Positions 45,304-53,549 of a stretch of 64,000 nt of DNA are shown piece by piece. Origin of the DNA: an uncultured Planctomycetaceae bacterium (GTDB lineage Bacteria; Planctomycetota; Planctomycetia; Pirellulales; Thermoguttaceae); NCBI GenBank assembly GCA_964354135.1, contig CAYGZA010000004.1, forward strand, positions 1,078-65,077, read 5' to 3'. The notes beneath the pieces are model-generated. The model was not told the DNA's origin. It worked only from the letters and a program-made list of their open reading frames with translations, and ran no database searches. Position 1 is the first letter of the stretch. Every line of letters begins with the position of its first letter. Both the position numbers and the translations under genes were made by a program.

Positions 45304-47379
45304 TCAACTCGCTGCCGGACGGCCATGCCCCCTGGATGGGGCAATCACCGCGGGCGGAATCTGCGGGGGTGACGTCGAGGTGGGACGACCGTCCGAGCGG
45401 TGGGCTTTGTATTCGGGCACGAGGGCGTGCAGTTTCCGGCGGAGGACATCCTCCGGGGCATCGTCCGCCATTGGCTCCAATTCCGCGATCGCTTGACGCA
45501 CTTCCGCCAACGAGTACGGCCGGTGGTACGCGGCGCGGACCTTGGGGTGCGACGTGGGGAGCGTCTCCTCGTCGTCGAAATAGAGCTCCTCGAAGAGCTT
45601 TTCCCCCGGCCGGATCCCCGTGAACTGGATGTCGATCGCGTCCTCGGGGAGGCCCGACAAACGGATGAGGTCCCGCGCCAGATCGACGATGCGGACCGGC
45701 TCTCCCATGTCGAGGACGAAGATCTCTCCCCCGCGTCCCATGGCAGCGGCCTGCAGGACCAACTGCGACGCTTCGGGGATGGTCATGAAATAGCGCTTCA
45801 TCTGGGGATCGGTGATGGTGATGGGGCCTCCTTGGCGGATCTGTTCCTGGAAGATCGGCACGACGCTGCACGCCGAGCCCAGCACGTTGCCGAAACGGAC
45901 CACGGTGAACCGCGTGGACGACTCTTGGGAAAGCGTGTGGACGTAGCGTTCGGCGATCTGCTTGGAGACGCCCATGACGCTGGTCGGATGGACGGCCTTG
46001 TCCGTCGAGATGAGCACGAAGCTATTGGCCTTGAACTCGTCGGCCAGGTCGGCCACGCACTTGGTGCCCAAGACGTTGTTCTTGATCGCTTCGCCGACGT
46101 TGGACTCCATCAGGGGCACGTGTTTGTGGGCCGCGGCATGGAAGACGACGTCGGGCTGGTAGCGCTGGAAGAGCCGTCGCATGCGGCTGCGGTCGGTAAC
46201 GTCGGCGATGCGGGCGTGGATTTCGACGGGGGTGCGGGTCCGGAGCTCCTGCTCGATGGTGAAGACGCGGTTCTCGCCCCGCCCGACGAGGATCAAGGCG
46301 CGGGGGTTGAACTTCAGCACCTGGCGGCAGATCTCGGAGCCGATGCTGCCCCCCGCTCCGGTCACCATGACGGTGCGGCCCTGGAGGAGCTTGCCGATTG
46401 CCTCGGTGTCCAAGCGGACCGGGTCCCGCCGCAGGAGGTCGTTGATCTCGATGCTGCGTACGGGGACGCGGCAGTCGCCGCTGATCCGGTCTTCCAGGCC
46501 GGGTATGATCTTCAGGTTCAATCCGCACCGGTTGCACGTCTCCATCAGCGAGCGGAGGCGGCTTCCGGGGAGCGTGCCGGCGGTGACCAGGATGTCCTCG
46601 ACGCCGTACGATCGGGCGATCTGCTCCACGTCGTCGAGGCGGCCGAGAACCGGCATCTGGCCCAGCCGGCGGCGTTTCTCCAAGTCGCCGGTCGCCAAGA
46701 GCCCCCTGACGCGGTACTGCAACTGGGCGTTGGACCGGATCTGATGGGCAAGCACGGCGGTGGCATCGTCGGTGCCCACCAGAATCGCGCCGCGGAAGTC
46801 CTTGCTGTTGAAGGCCGGCCAGAAGTGCTCGCGGAACATCCGCCAGCTCGATCTCAAGCCGCCCAGCATCACAATCGAGAGGATGCAATCGAGCACGAGA
46901 GTGGAGCGCGGGATCCAGACGCCGGGGATGAAGTAGTCCATCGTCGCCACGAAGATCACCGAGAGCACCGACGCCCGCGTCAGGGCGATCAAGTCGGCGA
47001 AGGTGACGTAGCGCCACCATCCGTGGAACTGCCCCGCCAGGTAAAAGACGGCGATCTTCGCCGCGAGGACCCAAGGAAGAGTCCGTTCAAAGACGTCCTT
47101 GGCGTCGGCGTATTCGGAGAGCGCGAGCGGCGAGTCAAACCGCAGCCAGAAAGCCAGCCAGTAGGTCAAGAGGAACACCGAGGTATGGCCCAGCGCCAAG
47201 AGCCACACCCTGATCGGATACAGTTGCGCAGCGCTCCAGCGCACGAACCGGTCGATCCAGGAGCCGCGCGAGGCGGGGGCGCCCGCGCCGGTCTTCACGC
47301 CGGGGATGCCCGAACCGTGGGCGTTTCCACGCGCTTCCTGACCCCACCCGTTGCCGTTGCCGTTGGATGCTTGCGTCAT
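45304..47379 (-). CDS. membrane-bound polysaccharide biosynthesis protein CapD/WbpM/PglF type (UDP-GlcNAc 4,6-dehydratase-like)
   Basis: 691-aa ORF with N-terminal TM helices. VTGAGGSIGSE, AAAHKHVP, ISTDKAV, VRFGNVLGS. Confidence 0.85.
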   Translation of the reverse strand: MTQASNGNGNGWGQEARGNAHGSGIPGVKTGAGAPASRGSWIDRFVRWSAAQLYPIRVWLLALGHTSVFLLTYWLAFWLRFDSPLALSEYADAKDVFERTLPWVLAAKIAVFYLAGQFHGWWRYVTFADLIALTRASVLSVIFVATMDYFIPGVWIPRSTLVLDCILSIVMLGGLRSSWRMFREHFWPAFNSKDFRGAILVGTDDATAVLAHQIRSNAQLQYRVRGLLATGDLEKRRRLGQMPVLGRLDDVEQIARSYGVEDILVTAGTLPGSRLRSLMETCNRCGLNLKIIPGLEDRISGDCRVPVRSIEINDLLRRDPVRLDTEAIGKLLQGRTVMVTGAGGSIGSEICRQVLKFNPRALILVGRGENRVFTIEQELRTRTPVEIHARIADVTDRSRMRRLFQRYQPDVVFHAAAHKHVPLMESNVGEAIKNNVLGTKCVADLADEFKANSFVLISTDKAVHPTSVMGVSKQIAERYVHTLSQESSTRFTVVRFGNVLGSACSVVPIFQEQIRQGGPITITDPQMKRYFMTIPEASQLVLQAAAMGRGGEIFVLDMGEPVRIVDLARDLIRLSGLPEDAIDIQFTGIRPGEKLFEELYFDDEETLPTSHPKVRAAYHRPYSLAEVRQAIAELEPMADDAPEDVLRRKLHALVPEYKAHRSDGRPTSTSPPQIPPAVIAPSRGHGRPAAS

Positions 47380-47452
47380 GAGACTACCGAAGGATCGAAG
47401 AGCCTTGGATGCGGAATCAGGATATCAACAGCAGCTCGCAGGCGAATCGCTC

Positions 47453-50059
47453 TTACTCCTCGTTCACTTTGGCCTTTCCGTTGATCCGATCGCGACCTTT
47501 CGCCCCGGCGGCCTGCTCCGATCTCTCTTCGCCGTAGTAAGTGTCGGCGCCGTTGCCGCCGCCTTGCTCGTAGCCGTAGCCGTAACCATATCCGTAGCCG
47601 TACCCGCTGCCGTATCCGTAGCGGTACTTGCCGTAGCGATAGCCGCCGTAGCGGTAGCCGCCGTAGCCGTAGCCGGCGCTCTTGCCGATGCCGTTGATCA
47701 CCACGCCCAGGATGCGGACCCCGAGCGAGTTGAGGACCTCGGTGGCCCGCATGGCCGCATCGCGGGCGTGCTTGGTCAGCCGGATCACCATGAGGACGGC
47801 GTCGACCCGGGGGGCGACGACGGCCGGATCGGTCACCGCCAGCAGCGGCGGGGTATCGACGATCACGAAATCGTACTTGTCGCGGACGACGTCGATCAGC
47901 TCCTTGAAGCGGGGCGACGTGAGCAGGTCCCCAGGATTGTGCGGCCGCGGCCCGCTGGGCATGGCCGAGAGGTTCTCGACAGCCGTCGCATGGATCGCGT
48001 CGGCGATCTCGGCCTCTCCGGCGATCACGGTGCTGACGCCGACCGAATCACCTAAACCGAAGAACCGCTGGATCTTGGGGCGGCGGAAGTCGGCGTCCAC
48101 CAGCAGGACCCGCTTGCCGGAATCGGCCATCGACACCGCGAGGTTCGCGGCCAGGGTGGTCTTGCCGTCGCCCGGGTTCGGGCTGGTGATCTGGATCACG
48201 CGGTGGCCTTCACCCTGAGTGCCGAAGTAGAGCGACGTCCGCACCGCCCGGTACGCCTCGGCCTGGCGGCCGCGAGGCTGATGGAAGGTGCAAATCACGG
48301 GGTGCAGGACCGGCTTCGAGGGGTCGGCCTTGGCCTTCGCCTTGGCGGCCTTGTCCCGGCGCGTCATGATGACGGGGATGTGTCCGACGATCGGCATCCC
48401 CAACTGCCGGCGGACGTCGTCGGGGCTGCGGAAGCTGCGGTCGGCCAGCTCGATCACGTAGCACAGGCCGACGCCGCCAAAAAGCCCGAACACGCCGGCC
48501 ACCGCCAGGATGATCGCCAGCTTGGGCTTCACCAGGAGTCCCTCGGCGGGCTCGGCGAGCTGCTGCATGGTAATCCCGCCGTAGTCCTTGACCATGTTCA
48601 TCTCGTCCAGCCGCTTGACCACGGTGTCGAAGAACTGCTGCGTCCTGGCGATGCCGGCCTTCAAGTTCTCCTCTTGGATTTGGACGTCGGTGACCGACCT
48701 GTAATCTTGGATCTGATCGTTGAACTCCCGGTCGAGCTGCGCCACTTTGACCTGGGCCACCTTCATTCCTTCGCGGAGGAATTCCAGGTAGGTCTTCAGG
48801 AAGGTCGCCGAATCCTTGTAGTCCGGAATGGACATGCTCTTGAGCTGCTCGCGGAGGATCTCCAGCTTGTTTCGCGCCAACTTGACTTTAGGATGATCCG
48901 GCCCGTAGGCTTCGATGGCGCCCTGCTCCTCGAGCATTGTGCCGACCAGCTTATCCAGGAAGCTCTCGCGGCCCGACTGCATCTGCTCGAGCTGGGCGCT
49001 GAGGACAAGGAACCTGAGGGCTTCTTTGTTGCTCCCCGCCTTTAACGCGGCATCGATTCCGTCGGCCAGGGCCTTCGTCTTGGCCCGGTCTACGATGACT
49101 TGCGCGCGGGCCTCTTCGATCGAGGCCATGCGAAGCTCCGGCACGGTCATTCTTTCCGGGCCTCTCCCTCGCAACATCGGGGGCGAATTGGCGCAGAACT
49201 TCGCGTATGCCGCCTCCTTCTTCTGAAGATTCTCATCCAGCTCGTCCTTGGCCTTCCTAATGAGGTCGAGCGTCTCCTTGCTGAAGTCCTTGTAGGCATC
49301 CTGGAGGAAGGTGTTGTAGCTCTGAATGACCGCGTTGAGCACGATCTCGCAATCCTCCGGATCGGTGCCCTCGAAGGCCACGTTCATGACGTTCGGATCG
49401 GGCTTGGTGCGGTCGCCCGCGCGGGTCACCCGAAGCTGCTCAATGACCGCCTTGGTAATCGCGGCCTGATCTCCGTTGAACGCCTGAAACGAGCGCAAGT
49501 GGGCCAGCGTGAACGCGGGCTTGTCGGGCGCCCGGGAGTTATCGGCCACGTTGGAGGCATCCGCCACCTTGACGTTGTCGGGCACCTTGGGCTTATCGAC
49601 CGGCGTGGGCTTATCAGGCACCTGGGAGTTGTCGGCGACCCTGGAAACACCGATCTCCTCGTACGCATCGGCTACCGTGAAATCTCCGCCACCCTTCTTC
49701 TCGTGCAGCACATAGTTGTCGTGCAGCTTGTAGTTCCTGACGGCCTCGCCGACGACCTTCAGGCTGGAAACCAAGAGCATGTGGGTGGAAAGGGTGTCCT
49801 CATAGCCCCCGTAAGGCGAGCCCTTCTGGGAATCCTTGTCCGAGATCTTGGCATCCTTCTTGATGAGCAGGATCTGGGCGTCCGAGCGGTAGATCGGCGC
49901 GGCGCGGAGGAAATACAAAAAACCCAACGCGACGCAAATCACCAACACGCAGACGCCGACCCACTTCCGACGCCAGATCACCCCGAGGACATCGAACGCC
50001 GAACCGGACTCGTTCGCCTCGGCGGCTCCGACCTCGTTCCACTCAAGCTGTTGTGCCAT
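47453..50059 (-). CDS. Wzc/GumC-type polysaccharide co-polymerase fused to a BY-kinase (tyrosine autokinase) with an unusually long (GY)n tail
   Basis: Trimmed to ATG 50059. Two TM segments flank a long coiled periplasmic domain. Walker A ITSPNPGDGKTT, A' VLLVDADFRRP, B DFVIVDTPPLL. C-terminal GYGYGGYRYGGYRYGKYRYGYGSGYGYGYGYGYGY. Confidence 0.85.
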   Translation of the reverse strand: MAQQLEWNEVGAAEANESGSAFDVLGVIWRRKWVGVCVLVICVALGFLYFLRAAPIYRSDAQILLIKKDAKISDKDSQKGSPYGGYEDTLSTHMLLVSSLKVVGEAVRNYKLHDNYVLHEKKGGGDFTVADAYEEIGVSRVADNSQVPDKPTPVDKPKVPDNVKVADASNVADNSRAPDKPAFTLAHLRSFQAFNGDQAAITKAVIEQLRVTRAGDRTKPDPNVMNVAFEGTDPEDCEIVLNAVIQSYNTFLQDAYKDFSKETLDLIRKAKDELDENLQKKEAAYAKFCANSPPMLRGRGPERMTVPELRMASIEEARAQVIVDRAKTKALADGIDAALKAGSNKEALRFLVLSAQLEQMQSGRESFLDKLVGTMLEEQGAIEAYGPDHPKVKLARNKLEILREQLKSMSIPDYKDSATFLKTYLEFLREGMKVAQVKVAQLDREFNDQIQDYRSVTDVQIQEENLKAGIARTQQFFDTVVKRLDEMNMVKDYGGITMQQLAEPAEGLLVKPKLAIILAVAGVFGLFGGVGLCYVIELADRSFRSPDDVRRQLGMPIVGHIPVIMTRRDKAAKAKAKADPSKPVLHPVICTFHQPRGRQAEAYRAVRTSLYFGTQGEGHRVIQITSPNPGDGKTTLAANLAVSMADSGKRVLLVDADFRRPKIQRFFGLGDSVGVSTVIAGEAEIADAIHATAVENLSAMPSGPRPHNPGDLLTSPRFKELIDVVRDKYDFVIVDTPPLLAVTDPAVVAPRVDAVLMVIRLTKHARDAAMRATEVLNSLGVRILGVVINGIGKSAGYGYGGYRYGGYRYGKYRYGYGSGYGYGYGYGYGYEQGGGNGADTYYGEERSEQAAGAKGRDRINGKAKVNEE

Positions 50060-50576
50060 GCTATGGTTCCTCTTTTCTCGATCCGAAAAGGATGTTCCCC
50101 AAGTACACTCCAAGGAACGCCCATCTAATGGGCGGAAAACGTTTCAGTATAGCGATGCTGCGAAAGCCTCACCACAAATTGGTGGCTTGCCCCCCGGAAG
50201 CATGGGCCCCATGCTCGCGGGTATCCGTGTCCCGCGACTGCGTACGGCCGGCTTGTCGTCGCTGCCATCGGACGCTGCACCGACGGGAAGCGAGGGCATC
50301 CCCGCGCTGGGTTTCCCTGCGGTGCCGCGTGTCGGCGGCAAGGGCTTAGCCGCACAAATTGCAACTGATGGACCAAACAAAACGGACAACGCTCGAAATC
50401 CGTAACTCAAGGGCCTGCAATCACTTTCTCACACCCGTCCGCCGTCGGACCCCAGAGGGCGTTTCCTTTTCTCGCCAGGGTCAAGCCCCCGGTGCCCTCT
50501 TTTGGCCACAGCCCTAACGGCCAACCCCCTCCGACGTATCCCTCGGAAGCACCAAGGGGGGAATCCTGGTTCTCCG

Positions 50577-50609
50577 AGACTTCCGAAGTCTCGCAGACTT
50601 CGGAAGTCT
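50577..50609. repeat. double palindrome AGACTTCCGAAGTCT-cgc-AGACTTCGGAAGTCT, copy 2
   Basis: The units are identical to copy 1 and only the 3-nt spacer differs. Lies about 85 nt downstream of stop 50693 in the 633-nt gap before the wzc-like gene. Confidence 0.9.
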
Positions 50610-50692
50610 GCTTGGCTCCGGCATTGCCGCGCGAGGCACTCCGTTACTCTCGGCCGAGCCCCCTCCTGTTCCTTGTTGTTCCCGGCGCCGGC

Positions 50693-53299
50693 TCAGGGAG
50701 GCGCCTGCCTGCTCAGCTCCAGCCGCAACTTCTCAAACCTGCGGTTGTTCGGCTCCCTGCGGGCGCAGAGAACCGCCTGCTCGTACGCCTCCTTGATCCT
50801 CCCTTCTTGTGCGAGAAGGAGGGCCAGCTCGTACCGCCGCATTGTTTCTTGGGGACGGGCTTCCACCGCCCAATAGAAGCTGTCGATGGCCTCCGGATAC
50901 TGCTCTCTGAGGACGAAAGCCGAGCCCCGAAGGTAATGACGCTCGTGCTCCGGCAGGTCGGCCTCGTCCAATAGCTCCAGGGCCCGTTGGGCGAGCGTGC
51001 GGCGGACGTTCGCGTGCTCGTCGGCCGCATTCTTGGCCAGCCTGACGAGCAGGCCGGGTGAATCGGGCAGGAGCTTCCTGACCGTTTCCAGGTCGCCCAC
51101 TTGCCCGCCTACCAGTCGCAGGACGTCGCTCAGACGGCGTTCGGAGAGCGTCAGGTCTTGCTTCCAGCTCTGGTACGCCGTATCGCGGCGGCCCGCCTGG
51201 AAATCGAGCAGCCCCGATTGGAAGAGGTAGCCGGAATGGGTCGGCACCAGGCGCCGGGCCCGGTCCAGATGGTCCCCGTCGCCGGCCGGGTCCACCACCA
51301 ATCCGCAAAGCTCTCCCAAACCGAGGTGTACCTCGGGCAGCAACGGGCACGCACGGCGCGCCAACAAAAAGTGCTCTATGGCGGGATGGAGCGTCTCCCG
51401 GATCGACTTCTGGCGGCGCAGCATCTCCAGTCGGGCGTGGGATTTCTCTCGGGCAAAGTCGTGCAGCCGGCGATGAACGAGCGTCGGCGACGTGAGGGTC
51501 CAGAGGGCCGCGTCATCCAGGGCACCGACACGCCCCTTGCGCAACTCGTCGAAGGCGCGGACGCGATACAGGTGCATCCAGAGCAGGGCCATGCGGGAGT
51601 GAGCCTCGGCGTCGTCCGGGCGCTGTTCCAAAGCGGCGGCCTGCTCCTGGATGGCGCCCTCCAGGTCTTCCGCGGAAGCTGCACCCAGTTTTTCCTCGAA
51701 ACGGGTGTTCTTCATCGCCCGTTCGACCGCGGCAACGGCCCGCAGTTGCCCGAAAGCCCAGGCGCAGCCCGCGGCGAACAGGAGCGTCAACGCCAGAGGA
51801 ACCCAGCGGAAACCGGGCAAGGCCAGGGGCGAAGGCGACGGACGACCGGCCGACCGCTCGGCGGCAGCACCCGAGATTGCCCCGCCCAGCAAGGCAAGCG
51901 TGAGCGCGTTGGCAGGGATGTGGAAGCCGAAATCGAAGAACGCCTGGAGGACCTGACTGCTCACGGCAAAGACGGCGGCGATGCCGAAGGCGAGGGCCCT
52001 GCCGTCCGTTTCGTTTCGGATGACGTACCAGACGGCCCAGGAAACCAGCGCGATCGATGTCAAGACCAGACCCAGCCCCAGGACGCCCGCCTCGACCAGC
52101 GCCTCCAGGTACTCGTTCTCGGCGTGCTGAAACCACAATTCGCGGACGTGGTGTTCGTAGAGGCCGTAGACGTGGCCGTAGGTGCCCAGCCCGCTTCCGA
52201 ATCTCCAGAAGTTGGGAACGGTTTGCGCCGCGTCCTCCCAGTGGCGGAGCGGGCCGTACTTCGCGTCCAGCAGGATGCCGAAGCGGCTCCGCACCGACTG
52301 GCTCATCCCGACCCAAACGGCCAGCGCCATGCCGGCGATCACCACCAAGCCGAGGACCCCCAACCCAAGCACGCGGCGCCGCGCGGCGAGCATCACCAGC
52401 CAGGTGATTGCCGCCGCTCCCAAGGTGGCAATCCACGCACCGCGCGACAGCGAGCACAGGATGCCGGCGATGATGCACGCGGCGAGGCTGAAGGCGAGGA
52501 TCTGCCGGGCATTGAGCCTGGCAAAGAAGTCCACCACGGATTGCCGCACCCGCTCCAGGAGCGGGCCCCGCCTCGGCGCGATCCCCCCGTCCGGCGAGTG
52601 AGGCGTTTTTCCCCGGCCGGCGAGCAGCCAGATCGTCAGGCCCATGGCAGCGGCCAGGCAGAGATTGAGGTACCCGGCGGCGTTGTTGCGGTTGACGAAG
52701 GGGCCGAATACTTGGCCGTGGTAGGTCAACGGCACGCGCCAGTAGAGTTTCCCGTTCCAGGTAAGGTGCTGCACGATGCCGAAGAAGGCAACCGAAGCTC
52801 CGTTGATCGCCAGAATGGCGCACAATCGCAACTGCGCCTGCGGCGTTTGGAACAGCGTAGCCCCCAGATAGAAGACGGCGGCGGCGAGAATCAGCAGGGA
52901 GAGGTCGTGCCTGGTCGAGGCAGGGTAGAGGCTGATCGGCTGAGACGTGACCGGCTCAATCCCAAAGTGTTCCTCCAAGCTGGAGCCTGCGGCGGTGTCT
53001 CGCGCCTCCAGGTCAGACCGCAGCTCCACTCCCGTAGGCGAGAGAAGTGCGGCTGCGCGGCTGTCCAAGGGAAGCAACTGGAACGCGCCGAGTCCCAACC
53101 CGGCGATCAGCGGCAATATGGCCACCGGCAAGGCCCGGCGCGCCGATCCGGCGGAGAACCGGCCGACCAGTTGGCAGACCAAGGCTGCCAGCACGGCCGC
53201 CGAGAACCACGCCTGGGCCTCCCCGTGGACGCCTCCGAAGAGCCACGGCGACACCACCAAGACCAGAATCAGCAACAACTGTGCGATGGCGATCGCCAT
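50693..53299 (-). CDS. Wzy_C (O-antigen ligase/polymerase/O-oligosaccharyltransferase family) membrane domain fused to C-terminal TPR repeats
   Basis: 868-aa ORF. SLSRGAWIATLGAAA and QHAENEYLEALVEAGVLGLGLVL (Wzy_C signature). The C-terminal 380 aa or so have TPR-like periodicity (e.g. AEAHSRMALLWMHLYRV, EAIDSFYWAVEARPQ, YELALLLAQEGRIKEAYEQ). Confidence 0.8.
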   Translation of the reverse strand: MAIAIAQLLLILVLVVSPWLFGGVHGEAQAWFSAAVLAALVCQLVGRFSAGSARRALPVAILPLIAGLGLGAFQLLPLDSRAAALLSPTGVELRSDLEARDTAAGSSLEEHFGIEPVTSQPISLYPASTRHDLSLLILAAAVFYLGATLFQTPQAQLRLCAILAINGASVAFFGIVQHLTWNGKLYWRVPLTYHGQVFGPFVNRNNAAGYLNLCLAAAMGLTIWLLAGRGKTPHSPDGGIAPRRGPLLERVRQSVVDFFARLNARQILAFSLAACIIAGILCSLSRGAWIATLGAAAITWLVMLAARRRVLGLGVLGLVVIAGMALAVWVGMSQSVRSRFGILLDAKYGPLRHWEDAAQTVPNFWRFGSGLGTYGHVYGLYEHHVRELWFQHAENEYLEALVEAGVLGLGLVLTSIALVSWAVWYVIRNETDGRALAFGIAAVFAVSSQVLQAFFDFGFHIPANALTLALLGGAISGAAAERSAGRPSPSPLALPGFRWVPLALTLLFAAGCAWAFGQLRAVAAVERAMKNTRFEEKLGAASAEDLEGAIQEQAAALEQRPDDAEAHSRMALLWMHLYRVRAFDELRKGRVGALDDAALWTLTSPTLVHRRLHDFAREKSHARLEMLRRQKSIRETLHPAIEHFLLARRACPLLPEVHLGLGELCGLVVDPAGDGDHLDRARRLVPTHSGYLFQSGLLDFQAGRRDTAYQSWKQDLTLSERRLSDVLRLVGGQVGDLETVRKLLPDSPGLLVRLAKNAADEHANVRRTLAQRALELLDEADLPEHERHYLRGSAFVLREQYPEAIDSFYWAVEARPQETMRRYELALLLAQEGRIKEAYEQAVLCARREPNNRRFEKLRLELSRQAPP

Positions 53300-53549
53300 G
53301 GTGATACTGCCCGCGTCCCGCGACGAGCCGACTGCCCCAGCCCGGCCGCCGCGAGGAGAGTCCGCGGCTTGCTGGCAAACTTCCGAACTGCGTCCCTACG
53401 CCACGAAGGCCGTCCATCGGCGCAGCCTCCGTGCCGGGCTATGAGGATTCGCCGGCGGCCGTGCCGGCAAGGCTTGATTCCAGCGACGAGACGGCCCCTT
53501 TTGGGTGTGAACTAGCAGGCAGGGCTCTCCTCTGTGTTTTCGTTTCCGG

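Noticed and set aside
43353-47484. 756-aa (43353..45623) and 694-aa (45400..47484) plus-strand ORFs. Also 51101..53515 (804 aa), 35683..37191, 39266..40852 and 32106..33224.
   Set aside because: All are antisense to minus-strand cluster genes that have strong family signatures and coupled start/stop junctions.
50060-50692. Searched the 633-nt gap upstream of the wzc-like gene for JUMPstart/ops (GGCGGTAG) or a clear promoter.
   Set aside because: There is no ops element. The only feature is a TTGACC hexamer with no matching -10.
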